From Trichoplax sp. H2 (Eukaryota): a stretch of 64,000 nucleotides of DNA. The notes beneath the pieces were generated by a model. That model was not told the origin of the DNA and did not search any database. It saw only the letters and a program-made list of their open reading frames with translations. The stretch's first letter is position 1. Every line of letters starts with the position of its first letter. The position numbers and the translations under genes are program-made. Below, piece by piece: positions 25,701-40,296 of the stretch. The stretch spans positions 744,001 to 808,000 of the forward strand of contig NOWV01000014.1 in the NCBI GenBank assembly GCA_003344405.1. The letters run 5' to 3'.

Positions 25701-28700
25701 ATGGACGAGAAAATTTGCGATAAAACAAAGGATACGTTAGGAAAAATTATCAAAAAGCCACCATTAACAACAAAATTACTTAGTAAACCCCCTTTTCGAT
25801 TCCTACATGATATATTGACGGAGGTCGGTTTTACTTTATTTAAATTACATTTAATTTTAAGTTCATTCCATTGGTTTTTGCCAGAATTTTTCTTTCTACT
25901 TTAGAGCAACCACATTATAATTATAATCAAGTGATTTTCTCAACCGTCTTCTAAAATTTCTAATATTGGAGTATAGGTAATTCGGACAACTGGCTTTATG
26001 GAAGGTTTATATACCAAAGATGAGATGAATTCTCAAAATGTTAAGGTTATTTGATATAATATAGTTGTTTCTTAAAAATATCCATTAGTTGCAAGGTTAC
26101 AGGATATCGTCATGCATTTAAACTTCGAGTAGAACGACTATTGGTTGCAGTCGTTTACGTTTCTCTAAGTTCCCCAATTTTTATTTGAATATATTTGGCG
26201 TTGTATGCGAGGTGATAGTACTGCACCTGTTGACTTGTAAACTTCTTTCATAGGATAAAGATAGCAAAATGGCCTTCCTACAAAAAGCTGTGGATTGTAT
26301 TTGTAAGTAATATATGTTGCAAATATTAGTGACGTACGGACTATTAAGTTAAGGTTGATATTAGCAAATTTTGGGCATATCTACTTTTTCTTTCCGTTGT
26401 ATATGTGCGATCTTTGTGAAACTAAAATATTTAATCATTGTTGGTTGTATAGGCCATGTTGCACACCAAAATTTATCAGTAAAGCCATCTAAAATTGTGT
26501 CCGGTCACGAGCCAGAAAAAACTAATGAACTTTTACAAGTTATGGCTTTGGCTATAAGTAATAAGGTAACAACACTTTACTGCCGACAAAATGATTGCTT
26601 CTTACTCAAAATAGGAATAGTACGTAAAATATGATTGCATATGAAAGCAACTTTGAAATATGTTCATGTTCTAGACGGATAGCTCTGATGCTGTTAAGAA
26701 AGTTTTATCTGGTGTGAAACCGTCGAGGGTATCTTCGGGGTAAAATATGAAATACTCATTATATTCTAATTAATCTAAAGATTCTAGTATTGTTGCTAAA
26801 AATTTACTGCATAGGTGCTAATGTTGATATTGTTCGTATAGCAAAAAAAGGGAAGGAGGTTCAGGTAAATCAAGTCGTTCTAAAGAAAATGATGTCCGAC
26901 AATCCAGTGCCGAACGATCACAGAAAGAAGTACGTTGTTTAAAAGATAAGGAATGTTTCATTGTCGTCTATACGTGCGCCTTATTAAGTTTTTCATTATA
27001 ATTTTGGTAGCAAAAGAACGGTAATCAAGAAAATATACCTAGTCATACTGAAAATGAAGAAAGATCTAGAAAAGAAAGACACACGCCAAAGGAAGAGAAG
27101 AAAGCTGAAAAAGAAGACAATTCAAAGGTATTAATTTGGATTGAACTAAGTAATTAGTATTTAGTCCGTACTGCAATATATTCTTATCGTTACCTATATC
27201 TATATGTGTACTACGTGTCATGTTACGCACGCATTAATGTAATTAGATGCTATAATAATTAATAATAAATAACGGTTATTGCTAGCAGAGGGTTCCTCAC
27301 GATGAAGAGGTTAAAGGCAATGATACGGCACCAGTTGAACAGGATTCTCGGGGAAAACAGGTTAATTTTGATTTAGATTTATAAAAAATGGGAGTCATCG
27401 GTGCGTCTCACCATTCTTGATAGAGGTGATGATAGGTGATAAAAATGAAGACCTTTTTGATAAATAATTTAGAATGATGTTCCGCCAGAGGCTGACCAAC
27501 GTCCATCTTCACCAAAAGGATCTCGGGCTACCAGAGAAAAACTGGATGACGGTATATCTCATATTTCTTGTATCTACTGATCAGAAAAAAAGTCTCTCTA
27601 ATTAACTATTGTATACAACCTCTCTAAATTTATATTATAGAAACAAACGATAAAGCTCTACGCAAGCCTCGCTCTGGTAATTTGTTTTTACAGTTTTAAT
27701 GTGGTGGTAAATGTTTTCTGGCACCATATTTGATTTAGCACTGCATAAAAAATGCTATATTGCAGCGAGCTTATAAAGATGATTGACTGTTTTTATTGAT
27801 ATAGCCTATAATAATGTACTTATATAATATTAGCCAATAAGGATACAACAGATGGGCCAATCAGATCTGCAAAATCCGATCGGCAACGATTAAATGGAGC
27901 GATGAATGAAAATGATGAAACTCCTGTGCCCCGTGTTTATAGCGGGTAAAGCATGTTTTTGGCGGAACTTTTCAATTAATACCTCCTATTATCATACGAG
28001 ATATCTAACGTTATGAAACGAAATTAATTTAGTCACGTAGAACGACCTAGTAGTGCAAGACCTGCACCACCGAGGCCTCGGAAGCCTGGTTCTGGAGATG
28101 ATCGTACTAGCCGGTACAGTTTTGAATTACTTTTCAGTTCTGTTTTCCTACGTATGGTTTTATATAATTTTATTTATATTTTATGGTATTAATGTTTGCT
28201 AAATACTTTAGGAATAGCGGTTCTGCAAAAGCTGTTGCCAATGTCATTGTTGATAATGGCAATGAACAAGAGTCAGAAGATGAAACATTTGTCGTAGAAG
28301 AGACACAACCTACTATTATAAAGGTTAATCATAAAACTAATTTTTATTGTGCTGGACGCTAAATTTTCTATGGAGGCTTGTGCCATATAAAACATTTAAA
28401 AGAATACTGATAGCCGTCATGTTTTTAATTTAAGAATACATGTACAAAGAGTATAGTATGTGTTAGAAATATTTTACTTGCAATGTATTTTGAGTATATA
28501 TTAAGTGTGTGTTGAGCAGTGAATTTTATATTGAACTGTAAACAGGATGAGCAAGTTGTAGACAATATAGAAATTGAAAATGAAGAACACGGTGGGCTTG
28601 TAAAAAAGATTTTAGAAACAAAGAAAGAACTCGAGAAGAAAGGGCCTAAAGGACCTGATACGGTAATCAACACATTTAAGAAAGTTTAGTAAGGAAGTGG

Positions 28701-29932
28701 CGCATCTAGATGTATTCTTTCTATATTATTTGCACATTATTACAAATGATAAACCTAAAATTCTTTGTTTTGACAGTCCAAATCCATTATACCAGATGCA
28801 ACTAGGAAGAAGGAAAGGGAATTAGTGGAGAAAGAGGTTTGTTAATTCGATTTGCAAGAATTTAAGATATATGATATTTTTAAGTAATGTTATGATGATT
28901 ATTAAACTAGATTGAGAAGCTGAGAGTCACTATTCAGAATTTATGCCGAAGTGCTAATCCATTAGGTAAGATTATGGATTACGTGCAAGAGGACATTGAC
29001 AGCATGCAGAAAGAATTAGAAACGTGGAGATCAGAAAATACCGATCATGAAATGGCTCTAAAGCGCGAGAGAAAGTAATACTTTTATTCCGAAAGCTTAT
29101 TAATTTTAGTATTTGGAATACTTTCATTTCATGTCTAAAGCGTTTGAAAGCTAACGATTGCTTATTCTATTTTTGTTTAGTGCATCTGAAACTGCGATTG
29201 AACCATTAAAATCACAACTGAAAGAGATTGAATTAGGCATAGCCGATAAGGTATAACTATTTTTTTCTGGCGAATACTTCTGATTATACAGCATGTTACG
29301 ACATGGGAATTGTCATCTTTAAATAGATTGATTGCTTAGATGGCTTACACATACAGTATGTATCACTGCTATGCGAAATTGTCAATCTTGCATTGCTGTG
29401 AATTATAATATTTATTGGAGGATATATTTTTTTTATCAGATTATTGATTTAATTTTTAGTAGTTTGATATATTTTACTCTTTCGCTGTGCAGTATATTTG
29501 TAGAAATAAAAAGACTTTGCAGTGAATAGGAATGCTTAGCCTACGAATTTAGTATGTAGTTAAAGTAACGATGGTAGTTGCAATTCGTTGATTGAACCGT
29601 AAAAATACTATATTTATAAAATTGTTAGGCGTTAATACTACAGTGTTTTAAATATATACTAAGTTAGTCCTCGTATCATAAAGTAAACCTAACTAGGCAA
29701 ATCGTACAATACTACGATTAAACTAGTGCTCTATAATAATTGAAAAGTATGGATTAAGAAGTGGCAAGATTTTCGTGTTCAATTTGTTATTTATCATTCG
29801 TTTCAACTAAAATCGATTTTTATTTGGAATCCATTCCAGATTGAGCTTATTAGCACCGTAAAGGCCAATATCTTGAGAAATGAAGAAAAAATGCAGAAAA
29901 TGATTAATGGGATATTTAGTTCTAGGTCGTAA
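25701..29932 (+). CDS. TRAF3IP1: TRAF3-interacting protein 1 / IFT54 / MIP-T3 (intraflagellar transport complex B), multi-exon
   Basis: Exon 1 (25701-25823) encodes the CH-domain start '[29 protein letters not shown]'. Later exons encode '[19 protein letters not shown]', '[11 protein letters not shown]', '[18 protein letters not shown]' and the coiled coil '[33 protein letters not shown]'. The last exon reads '[15 protein letters not shown]' with TAA ending at 29932. Confidence 0.93.
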
Positions 29933-30414
29933 TTGTTTATAAAATAGTAATTATTCTTATTGGTATTAAAGGTCCTAATTTGGGAGATATCGTTGTGACA
30001 TACATACAGTACATGCTATAGCTGTTTAGTAAGCGCGATCGTAAAGATTGATCACAATCGTTCATTTTTGATCCTGTACAGATAATGTAATTTATGTGGC
30101 GACTCTGTATTACAGTTAAAGGTAAAGTTGGTATTTGTAACTTTTGACGCATCCGAATGGTCAAAGTTTCCTTGTATTGTCGATTGATTGATTGATGTTG
30201 ATGTACCTACTGTCCACTTACGTAATGTAGCACTGATTAAAGTTGTAGTTATGGAAATTGTATCATGGCCGTTTTGATGATGGAATTGTACTATGGACTG
30301 GCAAGTTTGAGATATGTTGTGAATAGTATCCTATTGATTGCAACCAGAATGATTTCACTATTTCACTTTCATCGCAGTAGGTATTGACTAGAAGTCCAAG
30401 AATTGACCCAGTTC

Positions 30415-31375
30415 GTACGTGCAGTACAGTACAGTACTACAGTGTACAGTATGTAGAAATGCTTTTTTCACAACTATACTGTACTGTACAGTACAGTACA
30501 GTTCCAGATTCTGCGCTGTAAAAAAGTTGTCGCTTTCGGGCCACCGTAGTGTACTGTACAGTACAGTCCACAGTACAGCACAGTACTGTACACTGTAGTG
30601 GAAGGTTGGCATGTCCGTCCGCACTGTACCTCCAGTGTTACGCAGGAACATCAGTAGATTCAGTTCTGTAGTACTGTACACTGTAGTGGAAGGTTGACAT
30701 GTCCGTCCACACCGTACCTCCAGTGTTACGCAGGAACATCAGTACTGTACTGTACAGTACAGTACTGTAAGTTTTGTTAGTTCTACAGTATAGTACTGTA
30801 CAGTACTGTACACTGTAGAGTACAGTACAGTTCCAGATTCTGCGCTGTAAAAAAGTTGTCGCTTTCGGGCCACCGTAGTGTACTGTACATACAGTACAGT
30901 CCACAGTACAGCACAGTACTGTACACTGTAGTAGAAGGTTGACATGTCCGTCCGTACTGTACCTCCAGTGTTACGCAGGAACATCAGTACTGTAGATTCA
31001 GTTCTGTAGTACTGTACTGTACAGTACAGTACATACTGCTCTCTGTGTGGATTCTACTGTACTGTACAGTATAGGACTGTAGAAATTCTTTTTTCACACC
31101 TGTACTGTACAGATTCTGCGCTGTAAAAAAGTTGTCGCTTTCAGGCCACCGTAGTGTACTGTACAGTACAGTCCACAGTACTGTACACTGTAGTGGAAGG
31201 TTGACATGTCCGTCCGTACCGTACCTCCAGTGTTACGCAGGAACATCAGTACTGTAAGTTTTGTTAGTTCTACGGTATAGTACTGTACAGTACCGTACAC
31301 TGTAGAGTACAGTACAGTACTGTACGTACTCCTCTCTGTGTGGATTCTACTGTACTGTATAGGACAGTAGAAAAA
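30415..31375. repeat. Modular complex repeat array interleaved with ACAGT/ACTGT pentamers
   Basis: Module A (cagattctgcgctgtaaaaaagttgtcgctttc.ggccaccgtagtg) occurs 3 times at ~30502, 30831, 31110. Module B (ctgtagt.gaaggttg.catgtccgtcc...cctccagtgttacgcaggaacatcagta) occurs 4 times at ~30585, 30673, 30918, 31180. Further modules occur twice each. Confidence 0.9.
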
Positions 31376-33178
31376 CGCGGGCAAATCAAAATAAAATAAA
31401 ACCTCGAATGTATACGAGCGGGTTGAAGTTAATAAGTGGACGCGGACAGTAAATCTGTTTGCATCGAGACGGCACCCAAGCTGATAGGGATTGACTAGCA
31501 ATTATAAGGTTAAAAAGTCAGGCTTAATCGTCTTGAAAATCATCATTTATTGTGGTTAAAATCAATTCAACTTGACTTAATACAAGATTGTGGAAAAGAC
31601 GAAGGTCATCGTGGGACTACTGTTGGTATTCGATTGTCCTACATGCTTGGATAACTTTCTCATTCGTCGTCATTTCCGTCGTTGATTTAGCCATTATTAT
31701 TACGCTTGTGCAACTGAAGGTGTCGTCTACTGGTGTTACTCCAGTTGCTGCCGATTGCACCTGAATTATTAAAAGGCAAAGCTTACTGCTTGTATAGGAT
31801 ACATTGAATCATCAAGAAATGGCTCCAACTGCCATCTTCTTGTCATAGTTCTCTGGATTGGTTTTACTCCATTACTACAACGTACTTGATATTTCCAAAG
31901 AGTTTGAAGGTAGGCTTGATGATGGCACCAGTGTTGTTTGCTTTGAAGATCGATCTTTAATTGGTATCCTAAGTTAGTATCCCAATAATCATTTCACATT
32001 AATCTTATCCAGTGGAACCTTATATCGTATTGAATCTTTGTTATTACTACGTTACATCGTATTAGAAAAGGGGGGGGGGGGGAGAAAAATAGTGCAGCAC
32101 TGTCTTGAAAGCCGATATAGTACTAATAAGTGAATCAGATTGGCTGCTTCCAATATTGCTGGAATAAACTCAGGAAGCCGTTTGTAGCTGGTGTATAGTG
32201 GTATAGTGTAGTATTTTGCGTAGTGGATAGCATGCACAGTATTTCTAGGAAAATTGGAGGATAACCGCGTATCATCGAGTAAATAGTACTGATTTGAAAC
32301 GGTTTAATACTGTCTTGTATCTTAGTGACTACCCGTTGTTGTTATACTGTATACTTGATAATAACGCTAGGGAAAAAATGCAAAGAAAAAAGAATAAAAG
32401 TGATGTCCTTTTTCTCTTCTTTTTATACATATGATTCCTTCATGATGAGCAACGTAATTATGTGAGCACATTATGCTATGATTATTGATTGTTAAGAAGA
32501 GGATTAGACGCGTTGTACATTCGATTGGAGTTCTATATCAAGCGTAAAAAGAGTTATGCGTTGAAGTTATGCACTGACAGAGGACAGGAATGGAAATAAA
32601 TTAATCGAATTGAATTATTCTCAGTCTTGGGTAGTTACAAAATGGTAACGGTATCTACGTATGAAGACAATAACTACAAAGACTCAACTGTACTTTACTG
32701 TCGTTATTTTGAGAGAATGTTTATACGGTTAATTTGAGGGAGATTAAATGACTACTGATTTAAAAACAAGGAGACCGATAGCATTTTGAAAGCGTATGAT
32801 CACACCGCATGGTAGTATTGAATATCTACAGTGAAAGTATTTTCAAAAAATAGCAAATGAAGTACGATTTGATCGATAGAGTGTATACCTTAGTGACATC
32901 CTAAATGCTTGTACTTTATTAAATAATAATAATAATAATTAGAGAATGAGGATATCAACTAGAGATCTTCAAGGTCATGTGAAGCGTACGATCGAGATTG
33001 GCATTATAATTTTATGTTTACGTAATCCTACTCAGAACTTTTTAGATCCTCTCAGGCGATGCCATCAACTTACTCAGTAGCCTACAATACAGTGTTAACA
33101 CACGTATTAACTGTTACCAATGCAATATTTTATGCAAGTATAGGTCAGAGAATTTACATCGAAGATTAGGATTGAACT

Positions 33179-36100
33179 ATGGCTTCATTACATCAAGACT
33201 TTCTGAAATTGTGCCAAAACGGAGCTGATAGCGTAAAATTCACCGATTTTATGATCCGCAATGTAAGGGTGTACAACGATAGTGTTGCGGTTACAGTTAT
33301 TTACAGTAGCGCGATAAATTCTTGACGACCAATGTGCTAATATATTTTGTAGTAAATTAGTCAATGTTAGCGATTCAGTTTATTATCACAATAAGAGATC
33401 GTGGATAAATCTAATCTGATAAGGTACCCTACACATTATCATTATATCATAATTAGAACAAATTCGAATTGTACTGTTGTAGCCTTTATAATGTTATAAC
33501 TTTTCTAGCTACACAGCTACGATAGTTTATAATTGTGTATTTCCTATCGTTATTTTGTCCCCACTTATGTGACATAGAATATGAATTGATAAATTTTAGG
33601 ATTTACGCCAACTTAACATGAATTCTCGCTCTGTAAAGTTGATAATAAATTATAGCGTGATCTAATAGAAATATAATATTTACAAGTACATTATTGTTAC
33701 TGTAGATAATGTAATAATGAAATATGATTTGATTTTTATTATTTCGCTAGTGTAAGCGTAACAGTTCTTTCAGTTTGCCGGAAGTACTTCAAGAGTTAAA
33801 CAAACAAGAATCGAATCAATTGTGGAAAGGGATATTGGGTATTTGCAATTCTGTCCTAGGTAATTTTCATTTTGAATTGGCAGAAAATGAATTTTTTGAG
33901 CAGGATTTGCAGGTATGTTGTTAAGTATAAGAATTAAATGCACATGAGCTATGATAATATTTAGTACAAATTTAATCGTGAGTACTACTGTAAAGGAACA
34001 GTTTACACCACAGTTCGCTACTTAATTATGGAAATCATCTGATATTTTTTATGTTGTTAACTCTATTGCATCGATTATCTTGGAAGTCACAGTCATTATC
34101 GATTGTAGTGATTCAATAGTCTTATTGGCTACAAATTTTTCATAGTTTTATTTCTATAATTTAGGATCGGATGGGTGCTGTCGATTGTTTGCACGAAGTT
34201 ACCAAAGTTATTAATGCTGCTTTACAAATCAAGACAGACAAAGATGGTATTGAGCCTTCGTTGCATGAGATTGCTTCAATACTACACGGTAATTGTTGAA
34301 GCTTAATTGCTTTGGTAAATTTTACAATTATAGCAAGTAATACTGTAGTGCAATTATTATGAGGTACACACGTCATTTCGATGCCTTTAAAATATTCTGA
34401 AAAATGCTGGAATGCATAATAGTACTGCAATCTATGAGATCATTACATTTTAAATGGCTTTGCTGATTCTTCATATCATTGAGATGATCTTAGGTCAGTG
34501 TTTTATAATTTAACATGTAGGTATTTTAATGTCACTTCCGGAAGCCGCGATTACTTTACAAGATAGTATTTCACGGATCTGCGAATTGTGGTATGAGATA
34601 TTCTAATGCATTATCATTGTTGAAAGAAATAGATTTTCAATCTTAACATCTATTATATGATCTATTAGGTGGAGTAAAGACTTTAGTGCTAAGGAGGAGC
34701 TGATTCCTCATATGGTTCCATATCTGTTAATGAGATGCTTACAGCCTGATGCCGTTTTGAAGGATATCAAACGTTTATGGCAAATACGCAATTGTCTCCT
34801 GCTGTTGGATTATGATGATCCATCAGCAGATTCTACAAAGCTATTGTTGCTACGCTGCTATATGCAACCGTTATTTTTGAAAACTGATGAGGTAGAAACT
34901 CAAATTCAATAAATCGTGTTTAAATATCCACAAGAAATTGTAAATTTTAGTAGTAGCCGTAGTAATGTAAGATGATACTAACCCATACTTAAACTGCCTC
35001 TTTATATTGCTAATTACTCTTTATAGATACTTCTGTAGCTTTCATTGTGGTTATTAAATTTTAATAAATGAATGAGTGTATTGGCAATAGACATAACAGG
35101 ATTAATTATATTTCGAAAGGACTTTATTTGAAGATATTCATAACTTAGTTTTGATTAGTATTAATAATTATTCACGGTTAGTACTCTTTTTCCTATAGGG
35201 TCGTCGCATCTTAACTTATACATTTGGTTTACATGTTCCATTGATTGAAGACATTCATGCTACTATTAAAAATAACATACCATCATCTTCAAGGTAAAAT
35301 TTGAAATTTTTAGGAAATTTGTTTAAGATCTTTGAACTCCGCTGATTACCCTTCTGATATTTGACCATGCAGTTTGTCGTTTTATTTACCAATCATTACT
35401 GTAATTACGCAATTGCTAACTGCCTGTACTGTACACTGCAAATATATTATGCATGTTCTGAATTATATCAATTTTTTAGTTACTGTTTATATAATTTAAT
35501 AAAAACATTGAATGATAGAGTATCTAGTATTTATTAATTGATTATTGTATTAATTTAAGATCACTTCAAGAATATTATGGGGAAGTTTATTTTCGGGCAT
35601 GGCGCTCTTCTTCTGGACCGTATCGCGAAAAAATTGAAAATTTCTGCATTCAAGATTTAATGCATCATGCAATTCATGCTAGAATAAGTAGGCCATCGAT
35701 AGCTGCTGCTCTGAAAAGGGTAATGACAAGTTAAATCGATATGTTATCTATTTAAACATTTAGGAATGCAGGTGTAGAATAGGACCACAGATAAAATTTT
35801 ATAGACAAATTTAAAGTGCTCAATCTACTCTTCATCAGATTTTAGATCAGTTTCATCGTGAAAAGAAACAAAGCGGTGTCGATAAAATGTTACTTACGTT
35901 ATATCAACCAATAATTTGGCGTTCTTTGAAAGTTGCTAACGCTATTGTTAGAGCTAATGCGGCGGCCTTGTTATTTAGTGCATTTCCATTGCATGATCCT
36001 GATGGCGCCAATGAGGACATTGATATTTTAATGCAACGTCAATTTGACGCTTTTGCCGTTAGTGCTTCTTTCAATTATTTATTATATCGTTGTTATTGAA

Positions 36101-39100
36101 ATTTTAGTTTTGGATCAATAATTACTTGATTGTTTTAGGATTTATTACAAGATCCATGTCCCAATGTTCGTGAGGTTACAGTTAAGGGTGTTTGTCGCGC
36201 TATTAGCATATTTTGGGAGTTGATTCCAATCGGCGTACTCAATTCATTGTTGAACAAACTTGTCAATCAGCTTGCAAATGATGGTTCATCAACAGGTGTT
36301 CGCTGTGCAGTTATTAAAGGCCTGTCTTTTATTTTGGATAACCATCTAAGTCAACCTTCCTTGAAAGCTTTATTACCGAAGCTAACAAATCATATTCACG
36401 ATTTTTCTGAGCGTGTTCGCCTTGCATTTATTGATCTTTTGATTCTTGTAAAAGGTTCACTTGGAATTAAGGTCAATATAAAATTCATTATTAATCGGTA
36501 GATTATTGTAATTATCGGCTGATTGAATATATAGTATTACTTCAATTACTTTTCTATGATTTTTTTATAACTGCTTCTTCGTACTTGTAATGATAGTTTT
36601 GGGAAATTGTTCCTAGTGAACATTTATTAGCTCGTCTTGAAATGGATACATCTGAAGTAGCTGGAAAAATTGTAGAATTACTATTTAATTCGTTTATTCC
36701 GCTAACTAGGGGCGAAGATGTTCAGGTTTGTGGTATTGAAAAATAATTAACTACAGATCAGTTTTGTCTGCATATTTTAAATTATTTATATAGCAGATTA
36801 TAAGTCTTGTATTTAAAGTTGTATGTATTTACTGGAAATCTCATTTATTGTTGATAGATAACTAGATGCGTAACTTTATTACGCACTAATTCCAATGCTG
36901 CACGTCGGTTTTACCAATTTGCAGTTCGTTATATGTCTGTCGACGCAACTGGTAATTTATCAACTGTATATTTGATGTTCAGAATTGGTAAAAATCAATT
37001 AATGGTTTATTTTGATATTACGGTATTTAGGAAAATATATTATAACTCTATGTCGTTACGTGCTATCTTGCCTCGAGTCGGATTTACGTCAACAAGATGA
37101 TAATATGAAAGAGAATGTGCGAGATCATAATGTAGATAATGGAATGGAAAGTGAAGTAAATGACGAAGTGAACGATGAAAAAATAATGCAAGGTTTAATG
37201 GAAACTATCGCAATTCTATGGACTCAAATTTATAATGAATTGCAAAAGGTTAAAAATATCTACCATTATCTTGTATGATTTCTTGTTTACTATTTCATTG
37301 TATATTGATTCAAACTGCTTTTTTTGATAGCCTGTAAATGAAAATATATGTAATAAACTTAAGATGAAATTTGGCAAGGCTTTACCAGTGCTCTGGACTG
37401 CTTTTAAGGTATTTTAATTGGGTTAATGGCTTTAAATGATAAAGTTTATTAATGATAATTGTTAATACGGAGCGTATGTTAAGGAAGTTTTATTTATTTT
37501 TATTTATACATAATTGAAATGCTAATATCTAGTATACTATAATAGACTAGTCCTTCTGCGGCTGCAACTATCACTATTGCAGGTTGCTTACCAGCTACTC
37601 AAGTCTCGGAACTAAGGTTTGAATGAAGTTCATTTTTAGCTTTCATTCCCGGTCATAACTTAATTGTTATTATGATTGATTTCTTTTATTAGCCAAGATT
37701 GCTATGATGATTTAGTTTCGGTATCCAATGATGCTCTACTGGATAATTTTAACCACTATGTTAGCAGTTTATGTATGTGGGGTCGATGTGATGTTATTTT
37801 AGAGCAAATTATGCGTTGGCTGCAGTTCGAAATTTCTAGTAAAGATGAAGCCGTACATGAAGCACCTGTAGGTGTAATCATACAATTATTAATTATGATT
37901 TAACGAAATTACACTGTCGCAGTATATTTTTATTATTATCTGAAGTTATCGCTATTTTTTATTTACGATAGTCTAAGAAAAAGAAAAGATCTAGAAAGAC
38001 TGCATTACACAATGCAGAAAAAAAACCAGAGTTAGCTTTGCGTATTCTAGATTTTATGATGGTAATAAGAGTCATGATGTTTGCCTTTTCGTAATATTAG
38101 AGTAGCATTTTAGCAGTTTATGAACTTTCTCATAACAAAATTTCTTTCCAGAGAGATGCTAAGTGTCGCCCTTGGATGCTTGCACGCCATGACAGATTAC
38201 GTCCTGTTATTGAAAGGTTGAAACTAAGTATGGTAAGTACTATATTAATAAGCATTTAATGACATAGAGTGTCAAATTTTTAGCTAATTTGTTATTATTT
38301 TATAAATATTCAAGGATAATATTGAAAATGTCTTCAAGAATTCGACAAGTAATAATGATGGTTTCCGAGAGTCATCGATCTTTAACCTTAAATTTGGTTT
38401 TGAAATATATCACCGATTACTTATTCACTTAGCTTTTGAGGTATAAAAAAATATGAGATCCTAGCGTTGATCTTTTGATTTCTCAGTAAATTGTTGCAAT
38501 ATGCTTTCATGGAAATATTTAGGAGCGGAATAATACCAGTCCTGCACTCTTTCTACGGGATGATATTTGTGATATGCTATCTTGGGTTAAGCGAGTTATC
38601 TTACCTAACGTTGAAGCTGTAAATGATAAGAGTGAAGACGATGACACTAGTAATAAGAAACGAAGTAATTCATCCAAAGTAACTGAAGTAAAAACCGATT
38701 TAGGGATTGGTATTTTGGAGGTGTGATATACTATAAGTATCACGCATTTCGTTTAATAAAATAATATCTTCATATTAATAATGAAATGCCGTAATAGTTA
38801 TTTGCATAGCATTTACGTGAAGCATCTATTGGGTTTTAAATTTAATCGTTTAGGTTGCGATGACTATCGTACATGATGCCTTAGTGTTCACACCTATAAA
38901 TGTAAGACTAGCTGGGGATGTCATTCAAATTTTAAAACAAACAGTTACAAAAGGTTTGTGCTGTACAACTTAGCTTGTATTTCAGCTACGAGATATGTAA
39001 TGGAACGTCAGGGAAATAAATTTCAAGTTTTGTCTCTAATTTGTAGTGGCAAGCAACCGTCAAATTTTTTTACAATCAGTAAAAATTGTTTGTCACCTAG

Positions 39101-40296
39101 CCAGGCATAGTTTATTTTCGTACATTGGCAATGACTCTGGTAAGGATAGACTTATGTGAAGACCGAAAAGTCTTGATGTTATTAAAGGAAATATTTGCTT
39201 ATGATCTTATATACTATATTGATTGCACTTACGCACCATACTTATTATCTCAATAGGCTACATAGATGTTTGCTCAAATTCTACTACATTGGAAATCGTC
39301 AAGTTTATATTAGAAACTTGGCTGACTTTATCCGAGGATAATTCGTACAAAGTTAGATTATAATTAATTGCTTACTGTGTGGATATTTTCATTCGTTATT
39401 TTCCAAATTCACTGATACTTACTCTTTATAACCGATCAGTATTGACTGTTTTGTTAAATTTTTAGGCTAGTACTAATGTGAACGGAGCAATTTCCGTTTT
39501 AATCTGGACATTAATTCGCCTCCAATGTGTCACGGATTCACCGGATGTGAATTACCTGAAATTAGTTACTGAACTTGTAATTTGTGACACACAACGCCAT
39601 TTAAAAAAGGTAATCTTTTCGAATTAAAATTTACATGACGATCAAGCGTCCCAAACTGACTTTAAAATGTAATTTAGTTCTTGCAATATTTATGCTTTTA
39701 TATAGCTTTGGCATGCAGATAAGTTGGAAAATTTTGAAGCAAATCTCATCAAGCCGATAGCTTCTAGCATCTTAGGAGTTTTATTTAGAAATTCTGCTGT
39801 TGAAAGGTACTACATATTGTCTAACGTCTTTATACAAGAAAATTTAATTCATTCGATTTCTCTACCTTTTATTGCGTCAGGCGCTGTGCGGAAGAAATTA
39901 TACAAGCAGTAAATAGTAGCCGTATCGATTTTTGGTATTGCGCCGCTATTGTACAAATATTAAGGCAGTTTAAAAAGGGTAACTATGCTTTAGCCATTTG
40001 CAACAGTTATCTACTGCAAAGTTTTATGAACTTTGTAGTATTGATTAACGGTGCTTTGTTGTCTTTGATTGTAGACGATAGAATAATTGATGCTGCATCG
40101 AGACAATGCCTGGAACAAATACAGAATTATTTTAACAGTAGGGAACTAGGCGATGATCAAGTGAACGATTCTCGGCTTAGGCTAGTTTTATGTCTATATT
40201 TTGGATTTGATATGACAAAGTATGTTGTAACTATTATTAACCCTTTTCACAACTTGTAGGCAAGAATTAATGGATATGGTGGTGGCTAATAAGTAG
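33179..40296 (+). CDS. NCAPG2: Condensin-2 complex subunit G2 (HEAT-repeat protein), multi-exon
   Basis: Exons translate to NCAPG2-like segments: 'FSLPEVLQELNKQESNQLW', 'EYYGEVYFRAWR', 'IENFCIQDLMHHAIH', 'GVDKMLLTLYQPIIWRSLKVANAIVRANAAALLFSAFP', 'LLQDPCPNVR', 'VRCAVIKGL..ILDNHLS', 'HDFSERVRLAFIDLL' and 'FWEIVPSEHLLARLE'. The start (33179) and stop (40294-40296) are inferred from exon chaining. Confidence 0.88.

Noticed and set aside
30388-31501. ORFs rich in YSTVQY/TVLYC, and a possible CRISPR-like array
   Set aside because: The peptides are translations of the ACAGT repeat. The modules have no unique spacers, there are no cas genes, and the context is eukaryotic.
31540-32040. GC-richer, coding-looking stretch on the - strand with acceptor-like sites
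   Set aside because: The frames examined are interrupted by stops and no protein family was recognisable; it may be a decayed gene but cannot be supported without a search.
32070-32082. G13 homopolymer
   Set aside because: Isolated simple run with no supporting context.
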